Shown here: piece after piece, positions 10,583 to 19,163 of the stretch | How the letters are laid out: the number at the start of each line of letters is the position of its first letter | Numbering within the stretch: position 1 is the first letter of the stretch | Source of the DNA: Bacteroidales bacterium | Lineage (GTDB): Bacteria > Bacteroidota > Bacteroidia > Bacteroidales > JAADGE01 | Direction of reading: 5' to 3' | Assembly: GCA_021648725.1 (NCBI GenBank) | Contig: JAKISF010000016.1 | Coordinates: 4,043 to 68,042, forward strand | Length of the DNA: 64,000 bases | Notes under the pieces: generated by a model | What the model was told of the DNA's origin: nothing | Databases searched by the model: none | What the model saw: the letters and a program-made list of their open reading frames with translations, nothing else | Made by a program: the position numbers and the translations under genes

Positions 10583-11110
10583 TTACTTTTTTTCTTTGTG
10601 GGAAACATATTTCAAAGAATATTCTGAAAAATGATCTACTCCGGCCTCTTGTAAAGAATCTCTGATTTGTTGTATCTCAGCTTCAACTTGTGCTAAATAC
10701 TCTTTATCAGCATCTGTTCCTTCGCTGTGACTGCCCTGAGCATGTTCCCACCATTTATTTAAATAGTCATCATCAATTTTTTCTTCTTCAACAACACCGA
10801 TAACAGCAACTTTGCTTCCGGACAAATCTTCGTCATAACGCTCATCATTAAAAACATGTAAACTAAAATCTCCGTCAACAAGAAGTATTTTTTTTCCGCC
10901 GTGTTTACAAACATGGTCAACTATTCCCGATACTTCAATTTCTTTTCCTACAAATTCACCTGCTTTTGATTCAAAATCGGCAACAGCAACCTCAGGCATT
11001 AAAAAATCTTCAATAATAGTAGTATCAGCATTTTGCACATTTGATTCATCATCATTACATGCAGTAAAAATAATTGCAATAAAACTTACAAATAAAATCT
11101 TTTTAATCAT
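10583..11110 (-). CDS. Hypothetical lipoprotein
   Basis: 175 aa. Lipoprotein signal MIKKILFVSFIAIIFTAC, an acidic and His-containing C-terminal half, and no domain I recognise. Confidence 0.5.
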   Translation of the reverse strand: MIKKILFVSFIAIIFTACNDDESNVQNADTTIIEDFLMPEVAVADFESKAGEFVGKEIEVSGIVDHVCKHGGKKILLVDGDFSLHVFNDERYDEDLSGSKVAVIGVVEEEKIDDDYLNKWWEHAQGSHSEGTDADKEYLAQVEAEIQQIRDSLQEAGVDHFSEYSLKYVSHKEKK

Positions 11111-11259
11111 AATAAATATATTTTTTGGTTTTTAAAAACGTGCATAGATAAACATTATTTTTTAAATCGACAATAAAACTTGATTGTTATTTATCAATGT
11201 CTTACATTGAATTTTATCGACTATTTTATAGGGTCGAATTTAACATCCTCTGAAATATT

Positions 11260-11267
11260 TAATTTTG
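11260..11267 (+). promoter_or_regulatory. -7 box (TAnnTTTG) upstream of fabH
   Basis: TAATTTTG, 67 nt upstream of the ATG. Confidence 0.35.
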
Positions 11268-11334
11268 CTGTTAATCAAAAATATAATATATTCGACCGTT
11301 TTTTTAATTCAAAATTATAATCTAAAAAAAAAAT

Positions 11335-12339
11335 ATGTTTAATTCAAAAATGACAGGAGTAGGACATTATGTTCCTGAAAATATTGTTACAAACCATGAC
11401 TTGGAAAAAATAATGGATACTTCTGATGAATGGATACAAGAAAGAACAGGAATTAAAGAAAGGAGATTCTATAGACCGGCAGAAAGACCTTCTACTGCTA
11501 TAATGGCATTTAAAGCTTCTAAAATAGCAATGGAGCGTGCAGGAGTAACAGCTAATGATATTGATGCAATTATTTTTGCCACTTTAAGTTCTGATTTTTA
11601 TTTTCCGGGAAGCGGTGTTTTATTACAAAATATGCTTGAAATGGGAACAAAACCGGCAATTGACGTAAGAGCACAATGTTCAGGTTTTATTTATGCATTA
11701 TCTGTTGCTGATCAATATGTAAAAACAGGAATGTATAAAAAAGTTCTTGTTGTAGGAGCCGAAACACAAAGTATGGGTATTGATTTATCAACAAGGGGAA
11801 GAGATATGAGTGTATTATTCGGTGACGGTGCCGGTGCAGCTGTTTTGGAAGCAACAGAAGAAGAAGGTACAGGAATTTTGTCAACACACTTACATGCACA
11901 AGGAGAATTTGCAGAAGCGTTATGCAGAAGAGATCCCGGCACAGGCAGAGAAAAGGTTAATTATCCCGGAATGCACGAAGATTATAAGAATAACAGTCCG
12001 CAAATGGACGGTCAGTTAGTATTTAAAAATGCTATCAAAAGAATGCCCGAAGTTACAATGGAAGCATTAGCAGCAAACAATTTGACTGCTGATGATATTG
12101 ATATGTTCTTACCGCATCAAGCAAATCTCAGAATTTCACAAATGGTACAGAAGTTTTTAAGGCTTCCTGATGAAAAAGTTTATAATAACATTCAAAAATA
12201 CGGTAACACAACAGCCGCAACTATACCTATTTTATTAAGTGAACTTTGGGAACAAGGAAGAATAAAGAAAGGTCAATTATTCGTGTTAGCAGCTTTCGGA
12301 AGCGGTTTTACTTGGGCTTCTGCCTTAATCAGATGGTAG
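11335..12339 (+). CDS. fabH: 3-oxoacyl-ACP synthase III
   Basis: 334 aa. The Cys-His-Asn triad sits in the expected contexts: AQCSGFIYAL, LPHQANLRI and YGNTTAATIP. Confidence 0.92.
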   Translation: MFNSKMTGVGHYVPENIVTNHDLEKIMDTSDEWIQERTGIKERRFYRPAERPSTAIMAFKASKIAMERAGVTANDIDAIIFATLSSDFYFPGSGVLLQNMLEMGTKPAIDVRAQCSGFIYALSVADQYVKTGMYKKVLVVGAETQSMGIDLSTRGRDMSVLFGDGAGAAVLEATEEEGTGILSTHLHAQGEFAEALCRRDPGTGREKVNYPGMHEDYKNNSPQMDGQLVFKNAIKRMPEVTMEALAANNLTADDIDMFLPHQANLRISQMVQKFLRLPDEKVYNNIQKYGNTTAATIPILLSELWEQGRIKKGQLFVLAAFGSGFTWASALIRW

Positions 12340-12363
12340 TGTTAAAACAAACCTTTAATTTAA

Positions 12364-12397
12364 AAGATAATAGTTCTCAAATTATTATCTTTTTTTC
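12364..12397 (+). terminator. AT-rich rho-independent terminator after fabH
   Basis: 9-bp stem aagataata / tattatctt with a 10-nt loop, then a T6 run. The stem is AT-rich and therefore weak. Confidence 0.45.
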
Positions 12398-12450
12398 TGA
12401 AACTTAGTTAGGAAAAAGAATATAAAACTATTCAAATTTGAAAGAATTAA

Positions 12451-12458
12451 TATCTTTG
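12451..12458 (+). promoter_or_regulatory. -7 box (TAnnTTTG) upstream of the DUF58 gene
   Basis: TATCTTTG, 32 nt upstream of the ATG. Confidence 0.45.
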
Positions 12459-12490
12459 TTTAGTATTTCAAAATATTAATTCAATATAAA

Positions 12491-13363
12491 ATGGCAAACA
12501 CCGAAACAAAAGAGCTGTTAAAAAAAGTACGAAAAATTGAGATAAAAACCAGAGGTTTATCCAAACAAATTTTTGCAGGCGAATACCACAGTGCATTCAA
12601 AGGCAGAGGAATGACATTCAGCGAAGTACGTGAATATCAATATGGTGACGATGTTCGAAATATTGACTGGAATGTAACGGCAAGATACGACAAAGCATAT
12701 ATAAAAACCTTTGAAGAAGAACGAGAACTTACGGTTATGTTACTCATAGATACCAGCGGTTCACAATATTTCGGTACAGACCGAATGTTCAAAAAAGACC
12801 TTATCACAGAACTTTCCGCAGTACTTTCCTTTTCTGCAATTCAAAATAATGATAAAGTAGGCGTTATTTTTTTCAGCGACAGAATAGAAAAATTTATTCC
12901 TCCTAAAAAAGGAAAATCTCATATATTAAGAATAATAAGAGAATTGCTTGATTGTAAACCAAAAGGTAAAGGAACAGATATATCAGAAGCTTTAAGATAT
13001 TTTACAAATACAGTTAAAAAAAGAAGTACGGCATTTATTATTTCAGATTTTTTTGATGCCGATTTCAAAAAAGCATTAAGAATTGCAAGCCATAAACATG
13101 ATATCTCGGCACTTCACATTTATGATGAAAAAGAATATAAACTTCCGAATGTCGGATTATTAAAAATTAAAGATGCCGAAACCGAAAAAGAATACTGGAT
13201 TGATACAGCAAGTAAATCATTCAGAAAAAAATATGAAACCGACAGAAATAAAAATTACCATGAAATAAAAGAAATATTTGATAAAACCGGCGTTCGAAGT
13301 CAAAAAATAAAAACCGGAGAAGATTATATAAAACCTTTACTGAAACTATTTAAAAAGAAATGA
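12491..13363 (+). CDS. DUF58 (vWA-like, MoxR/Bat-operon-associated) domain protein
   Basis: 290 aa. The core IDWNVTARYDKAYIKTFEEERELTVMLLIDTSGSQYFG is typical of DUF58. Confidence 0.8.
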   Translation: MANTETKELLKKVRKIEIKTRGLSKQIFAGEYHSAFKGRGMTFSEVREYQYGDDVRNIDWNVTARYDKAYIKTFEEERELTVMLLIDTSGSQYFGTDRMFKKDLITELSAVLSFSAIQNNDKVGVIFFSDRIEKFIPPKKGKSHILRIIRELLDCKPKGKGTDISEALRYFTNTVKKRSTAFIISDFFDADFKKALRIASHKHDISALHIYDEKEYKLPNVGLLKIKDAETEKEYWIDTASKSFRKKYETDRNKNYHEIKEIFDKTGVRSQKIKTGEDYIKPLLKLFKKK

Positions 13364-14022
13364 ACATAAAAATACACCAATCTTGGAAAGAACTTTTACA
13401 AGATGAATTTGAAAAAGAATACTTCATTAATCTCGTCAATTTTGTAAAACAAGAATATAAAACACACAACATATATCCGCCCGGAAAAGAAATTTTCAAT
13501 GCTTTTGATTTGTGTCCTGTTGAAAATGTAAAGGTTGTTATAATCGGACAAGATCCGTATCACGGAAAAGGACAAGCACACGGTTTATGTTTTTCGGTAA
13601 AAGACGGAGTAAAAACACCGCCGTCATTAAAAAATATTTATAAAGAACTATATGACGATTTAGGCAAAGAAATCCCCGAAACAGGCAATATATCTCATTG
13701 GGCGGAGCAAGGTGTTTTGATGCTTAATGCAACTTTAACCGTGAGAGCAGGAAATGCAGGTTCACACCAAAACAAAGGTTGGGAAATATTTACCGATGCG
13801 GTAATTAAAAAAATATCAAAAGAAAAAGAAAACCTTGTATTTTTACTTTGGGGAGCATACGCACAAAAAAAAGGACAAGTAATTGATACAGATAAACATT
13901 ATATCCTGAAATCGCCTCACCCTTCACCTTTTTCTGCACATACCGGTTTTCTCGGAAATAAACATTTCAGTAAAACAAATGCGTTTTTAAAATCTAAAGG
14001 AATTTATGAAATCAATTGGTAA
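13360..14022 (+). CDS. ung: Uracil-DNA glycosylase (family 1)
   Basis: 220 aa. Motifs GQDPYH and HPSPFSA. The ATG overlaps the DUF58 stop (ATGA). Confidence 0.95.
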   Translation: MNIKIHQSWKELLQDEFEKEYFINLVNFVKQEYKTHNIYPPGKEIFNAFDLCPVENVKVVIIGQDPYHGKGQAHGLCFSVKDGVKTPPSLKNIYKELYDDLGKEIPETGNISHWAEQGVLMLNATLTVRAGNAGSHQNKGWEIFTDAVIKKISKEKENLVFLLWGAYAQKKGQVIDTDKHYILKSPHPSPFSAHTGFLGNKHFSKTNAFLKSKGIYEINW

Positions 14023-14061
14023 TTTTCAAGTTGTTATTTTTAACTTTACAGACATTTTGAT

Positions 14062-14739
14062 ATGACAATATTTTGCCACAAATGCGGAACAAAAAATATA
14101 AACAGAAAAACTTGTTCGAACTGTAATACAAAACTCATTACAAATACAGAAACAAAAGAATCACCTGTTTTCAGTCAAGAAAAAGCACAATTAAAATGTC
14201 CTTGGTGCGGCACGGTAAATAAAGTTATTGATGAAACAAATTGTAAAAACTGCGGCGGTCCTTTACCGGAAATATCTAAAAACAATGACGGATTAGATAT
14301 TGGAACACCTCCCGGAAATGCTCCGAGAAAAATACCGAAAGTATATATTAAAAAACTTAAATATCGAAATGTTCATTTTATAATCGGGTTCTTTTTTACT
14401 GTTCCTTTTTTTTGGACAATTATTTTTCCGATAATCGGTATCTTTATGATGAGATACGGACTTAAAAACGCAAATAATAAATTAGCAGCACTAGAAAAAG
14501 GAATTAAAGCAGAAGGCGTATTAATTGATATTTATAAAGATGCATCTCAAACCGTAAACGGAAGACATCCTTGGAAATTAGAATATGAGTTTACGACAAA
14601 ATCCGGAAAATTAATTTCTGCAAAAAAAACAGGAGCTTGGAACAGCAACAACAGATACAGAAAAGCCGGCGACAGATTATGGGTTGTATATTTATCCATA
14701 AATCCCAAAATTAGTGCTATTTGGCCTCCGGTTGATTAA
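14062..14739 (+). CDS. Double zinc-ribbon membrane protein with DUF3592-like C-terminal domain
   Basis: 225 aa. Two CxxC..CxxC ribbons (CHKCG..CSNCN and CPWCG..CKNCG), two TM helices, then a beta-rich domain resembling DUF3592. Confidence 0.55.
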   Translation: MTIFCHKCGTKNINRKTCSNCNTKLITNTETKESPVFSQEKAQLKCPWCGTVNKVIDETNCKNCGGPLPEISKNNDGLDIGTPPGNAPRKIPKVYIKKLKYRNVHFIIGFFFTVPFFWTIIFPIIGIFMMRYGLKNANNKLAALEKGIKAEGVLIDIYKDASQTVNGRHPWKLEYEFTTKSGKLISAKKTGAWNSNNRYRKAGDRLWVVYLSINPKISAIWPPVD

Positions 14740-14784
14740 CTAAAATTCTTTTTTGCATATTGCACAATTAAATTTTGAAATAAT

Positions 14785-15735
14785 ATGAACAGAATTTGCA
14801 ATTTATTTAACATACAACACCCTATTATTCAAGGTGGTATGATTTGGTGTTCCGGCTGGGAGTTAGTGTCTGCCGTAAGCAATGCCGGTGGTCTCGGCTT
14901 AATCGGAGCAGGGTCTATGTATCCGGATGTTCTCAGAGAACACATTCAAAAAACAAAAAAAGCAACAAATAAACCCTTCGGTGTAAATGTACCTTTACTT
15001 TACCCGCAAACAGAAGAAATAATGCAGATTATTATCGATGAAGGTGTTAAAATTGTATTTACTTCTGCCGGAAATCCAAAAACTTGGACAAAACATTTGC
15101 AAGACTACGGAATAAAAGTAGCCCATGTTGTTGCTAATTCAAAATTTGCACAAAAAGCAGATGAAGCAGGTGTTGATGCAATTGTAGCAGAAGGTTTTGA
15201 AGCAGGCGGGCACAACGGACGTGAAGAAACAACAACTTTAGTTCTCATTCCTTCGATTCGTTCCGTAACCGCAAAACCGATAATTGCTGCCGGAGGTATC
15301 GGAACAGGAAGAACAATGCTTGCAGCAATGGTGCTGGGTGCAGATGCAGTTCAAATAGGAAGTCGTTTTGTTGCTTCAAAAGAAGCCTCGGCACATATTA
15401 ACTTTAAAAACGAAATAGTAAAAGCTGCCGAAGGCTATACCGGGCTGTATTTTAAAAAGTTAGTTCCCGTAAGATTAATCAAAAATCAATTTGCTCTTGA
15501 TGTTGAAAAAGCCGAAAATGAAGGAGCAAACAGAGAACAACTTTCAGAACTTCTCGGCAGAGGAAGAGCAAAACTCGGAATGTTTGAAGGTGATACAGAA
15601 AACGGAGAATTAGAAATCGGTCAAATATCTGCAATCATCAAAGAAATAAAGCCTGTAAAAAATATAATCAGCGATATTATTTTAGAATACAAAACCGTAA
15701 AACAACAAATTAATCACGCAAGATTTGATTTTTAA
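14785..15735 (+). CDS. NAD(P)H-dependent flavin oxidoreductase (nitronate monooxygenase / FabK-like family)
   Basis: 316 aa. N-terminal PIIQGGM, then EGFEAGGH and AAGGIGTGR FMN-binding TIM-barrel motifs. Confidence 0.8.
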   Translation: MNRICNLFNIQHPIIQGGMIWCSGWELVSAVSNAGGLGLIGAGSMYPDVLREHIQKTKKATNKPFGVNVPLLYPQTEEIMQIIIDEGVKIVFTSAGNPKTWTKHLQDYGIKVAHVVANSKFAQKADEAGVDAIVAEGFEAGGHNGREETTTLVLIPSIRSVTAKPIIAAGGIGTGRTMLAAMVLGADAVQIGSRFVASKEASAHINFKNEIVKAAEGYTGLYFKKLVPVRLIKNQFALDVEKAENEGANREQLSELLGRGRAKLGMFEGDTENGELEIGQISAIIKEIKPVKNIISDIILEYKTVKQQINHARFDF

Positions 15736-15740
15736 AAAAT

Positions 15741-16991
15741 ATGATAAAATTTGAGAAAATTACATTAGATAACGGATTAAGAGTCATTTTTCATCAAGAT
15801 AAAAACACACCGATTGCTGCAGTAAATGTGTTGTATGATGTAGGTGCAAAAGATGAACATCTCGACAAAACCGGCTTTGCACATTTGTTTGAACATTTAA
15901 TGTTCGGCGGCTCTGCAAATATCCCGGATTACGATAAACCTTTGCAAGAAGCAGGAGGCAGCAGTAATGCTTTCACAAACAACGACATTACTAATTATTA
16001 TGAAACTCTGCCGAAAGATAATATAGAAACTGCATTTTGGTTAGAATCCGACAGAATGTTAAGTCTTGCATTCACAGAAAAAAGCCTTGAAGTTCAGAAA
16101 AAAGTTGTAATTGAAGAATTTAAGCAAAACTATTTAAATCGACCGTACGGAGATATGTGGTTACTAATGAGAACTATGGCATACAAAATACATCCGTATG
16201 CTTGGGCAACAATAGGAAAAGAAATATCTCACATTGAAAATGCAAATATTCAAGATGTTAAAGACTTTTTTTATAAACATTACGCACCTAATAATGCAAT
16301 AATGTGTATTACCGGTAATTTTGAAAAAAACTATATTTTTGATTCGGTAAATAAATGGTTCGGAGATATTGAAAAACGAAATATTAAAAAACGTTCATTG
16401 CCTGTTGAGCCTGTCCAAACCAAAGCTCGTTTCTCTGAAGTTGAAAAAGATGTCCCTGTCAATGCTTTTTTTAAAACTTACCACATGTGTGAAAGAAGAA
16501 ATAAAGAATATTTCGCAACAGATTTATTATCAGACATATTATCGAACGGAGATTCTTCCCGACTTTACCAAAAATTAGTAAAAGAGAAAAAAGTATTTTC
16601 AAATATTGATGCATATATTTCAGGAAATATTGAAAAAGGCTTATTTGTTTTTAACGGCAAACTTAATAATGGTGTTTCATTTGAAACTGCCGAAAACCAA
16701 CTAAATATTGAAATAGAGAAAATTAAAAAAGAAAAAGTTTCGGAAAGAGAACTTCAAAAAATTAAAAATAAATTAGAATCAAAACTGATTTTCGGAGAAA
16801 CAGATACTCTCCAAAAAACAATGAATTTAGCCTATTATGAACTAATCGGGAAAGCCGAAGATTATAATACTGAAATTAATAAATACCAAAATATAAACAA
16901 AAGCGATATTTCGGAAATTGCACAAAAAATTCTAATTCCCGAAAACAGCAATACAATTTATTATAAAGCAAAAAAACAGCAAAAAACTTAA
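15741..16991 (+). CDS. M16 family (pitrilysin/insulinase-like) zinc peptidase
   Basis: 416 aa. Inverted zinc motif HxxEH in GFAHLFEHLMFGG. Confidence 0.85.
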   Translation: MIKFEKITLDNGLRVIFHQDKNTPIAAVNVLYDVGAKDEHLDKTGFAHLFEHLMFGGSANIPDYDKPLQEAGGSSNAFTNNDITNYYETLPKDNIETAFWLESDRMLSLAFTEKSLEVQKKVVIEEFKQNYLNRPYGDMWLLMRTMAYKIHPYAWATIGKEISHIENANIQDVKDFFYKHYAPNNAIMCITGNFEKNYIFDSVNKWFGDIEKRNIKKRSLPVEPVQTKARFSEVEKDVPVNAFFKTYHMCERRNKEYFATDLLSDILSNGDSSRLYQKLVKEKKVFSNIDAYISGNIEKGLFVFNGKLNNGVSFETAENQLNIEIEKIKKEKVSERELQKIKNKLESKLIFGETDTLQKTMNLAYYELIGKAEDYNTEINKYQNINKSDISEIAQKILIPENSNTIYYKAKKQQKT

Positions 16992-17482
16992 CGATAACTT
17001 AAATTAATAAATTTACCTTTAATTACATAAGGCTTGTTATCGTCAGGAACAGAATAAAGTTTAAAATTATATTCTCCCGAAATTAATTTATTTTTTCTGT
17101 CAAGACCGGTAATTTCAACCTTCCCTTCGTATGAGGTAAAAAATGTAGGCGAAGACTCTTCTTCTTTCGATATAATCTTATAACTGAGGCTGCATTGAGA
17201 AACTGAAACACCTGTTTTATAATCAAATGTTTGCTTATATTTTCCTACTTTATCTCCGTTAACTGTTATGATTATTGCTTTTTTTGAATTCACTTTAGAA
17301 TCATGTGCAGCAATAATTGTTATACCTTTCAAAATAGTTGCCGATTCAGGTTTAAATACTTTTTCTGAATTATTAATCTTTGTTTCAAAGAAATTATCAG
17401 GACTAATTTCGCCTTTCCGGCAACCGATAATTCCGAATGAAAACACTATAAAGCTATATAAAATAAATCTTAACAATCTCAT
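16988..17482 (-). CDS. Hypothetical lipoprotein
   Basis: 164 aa. Signal peptide plus lipobox FGIIGC. The stop codon overlaps the M16 stop (TTAA). Confidence 0.5.
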   Translation of the reverse strand: MRLLRFILYSFIVFSFGIIGCRKGEISPDNFFETKINNSEKVFKPESATILKGITIIAAHDSKVNSKKAIIITVNGDKVGKYKQTFDYKTGVSVSQCSLSYKIISKEEESSPTFFTSYEGKVEITGLDRKNKLISGEYNFKLYSVPDDNKPYVIKGKFINLSYR

Positions 17483-17680
17483 TATAACAATTAAAATAAA
17501 CTAAGTATTTTTTATTGAAAGACGTAAAATTAATGTTTTTTAACAAATAACAAAAATAAATATACCGATTTATTAAACATACAAGCAATAAAACTATATA
17601 ATTTGTATTTTTAGCAGAATAAAATTATAAATAAGGAATATAATTACTATTTTTACAAGCATAATCAGGATATTAATAAT

Positions 17681-19114
17681 ATGAAGAAAACAAAATTTGC
17701 ATTACACTGGCAAATATTAATTGCTTTAATAATTGCTGTTTTATACGGTATATCTTTCCCGAATAAATATCATATTAAACTTTCTGCATACGAAAAAATA
17801 AGCAAAGAAAAAGATAAATTTTTATTTTCTGATGAAACTTTAATTAACATTGAAAACCTTATAGGCTCTGCTGCAACCGACAAAACTGAATTAATACAGA
17901 ATATAGAAATTAACAACAGCATTAAATTAACTGATACACAAAAACAAATAATTCTGAAATATGCAAAATATAATCCTTCGATAAAATACATAAGTTGGAT
18001 GGGAATAATATTTTTAAAAGCTCTTAAAATGATTATTATTCCTCTTATTTTAATGTCAATAATATCAGGAATTGCAAATATCGGTTCTGCCGGAAACCTT
18101 GGTCGTTTAGGGCTAAAAACATTTTTATATTATTTAATGACAAGTACGGCTGCAATAATTGTAGGATTAATTTTTGTCAACGCAATTAAACCCGGAATAG
18201 GAATTGATAAAAGCTACGGCAGCAATATTGAAATTCCGGAGCAAACATCCCATTCTTTATCAGACACATTATTAAACATTATTCCGGAAAACATTTTTGA
18301 AGCCTTTGTCAACAATCAAATGCTTTCAATAATATTCTTTGCAATATTATTCGGCTTTTTTGTAACCCGAATTAATACAAAATCAAGAATATTTTTAACC
18401 GATTTTTTTAATGCCGGTTTTGAAGTAATGATGAAAATAACAATGTTCATTATCTTATTTACTCCTTTCGGTGTATTCGGACTTGTTGCAGAAGCCGTAG
18501 CAGATCAATCAGGGCAATTAATGAAATTTTTCAGCATATTGGGGATGTACACAATAACAGTATTAGCAGCATTATTATTTCATGCTTTAATAATTTTACC
18601 GATTCTTTTAAAATTTATTGCAAAAGTCAGTCCCTGGGCACATTTTAAAGCAATGAGAGCTGCTTTACTTACAGCATTTTCAACATCCTCGTCAGGAGCA
18701 ACTTTATCTTTAACAATGGAATCTGTTGAACACAAATCAGGAGTTTCCAGAAAAATATCCGGGTTCACTCTGCCCTTGGGAGCAACAATTAATATGGACG
18801 GAACCGCTCTTTATGAAGCAGTTGCGGCATTATTTATTGCACAAGCATACGGCTTTGATTTAGGACTTACCGAACAAATAATAATTGTAGTTACAGGCTT
18901 ATTAGTTTCAATAGGTGCTGCCGGAATTCCGATGGCAGGCTTGTTTATGATTACAATTATATTAACTGCCGTAGATTTACCATTGGCAGGCGTTGCTTTA
19001 ATTCTGCCTGTTGACAGAATTTTAGATATGTTCAGAACATCAGTTAATGTATGGAGTGACAGTTGCGGTGCCGTAATAGTTGCAAAATCGGAAGGAGAAA
19101 AATTAAAAGTGTAA
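17681..19114 (+). CDS. Dicarboxylate/amino acid:cation symporter (DAACS, GltP-like)
   Basis: 477 aa. Motifs KMIIIPLI, SSSGATLSLTM and NMDGTALYEA. The loop between TM1 and TM2 is unusually long. Confidence 0.85.
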   Translation: MKKTKFALHWQILIALIIAVLYGISFPNKYHIKLSAYEKISKEKDKFLFSDETLINIENLIGSAATDKTELIQNIEINNSIKLTDTQKQIILKYAKYNPSIKYISWMGIIFLKALKMIIIPLILMSIISGIANIGSAGNLGRLGLKTFLYYLMTSTAAIIVGLIFVNAIKPGIGIDKSYGSNIEIPEQTSHSLSDTLLNIIPENIFEAFVNNQMLSIIFFAILFGFFVTRINTKSRIFLTDFFNAGFEVMMKITMFIILFTPFGVFGLVAEAVADQSGQLMKFFSILGMYTITVLAALLFHALIILPILLKFIAKVSPWAHFKAMRAALLTAFSTSSSGATLSLTMESVEHKSGVSRKISGFTLPLGATINMDGTALYEAVAALFIAQAYGFDLGLTEQIIIVVTGLLVSIGAAGIPMAGLFMITIILTAVDLPLAGVALILPVDRILDMFRTSVNVWSDSCGAVIVAKSEGEKLKV

Positions 19115-19132
19115 TAATTATTTATTTTTGCC

Positions 19133-19140
19133 TATTTTTG
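19133..19140 (+). promoter_or_regulatory. -7 box (TAnnTTTG) upstream of the TerB-ABC gene
   Basis: TATTTTTG, 23 nt upstream of the ATG. Two more matches lie nearby at 19123-19130 and 19147-19154. Confidence 0.4.
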
Positions 19141-19163
19141 GAGTATTAATTTTGAATTAAATT

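Noticed and set aside
11140-11334. Several TCGA(C)-containing short motifs and a 5-bp inverted repeat (acaat..attgt) upstream of fabH
   Set aside because: The arms are too short and too degenerate to distinguish from chance in AT-rich DNA, and there is no consistent spacing.
11687-12019. Three short ORFs (70, 76 and 69 aa) overlapping fabH on both strands
   Set aside because: They lie inside the fabH frame, which has all its catalytic motifs, so they are off-frame or antisense artefacts.
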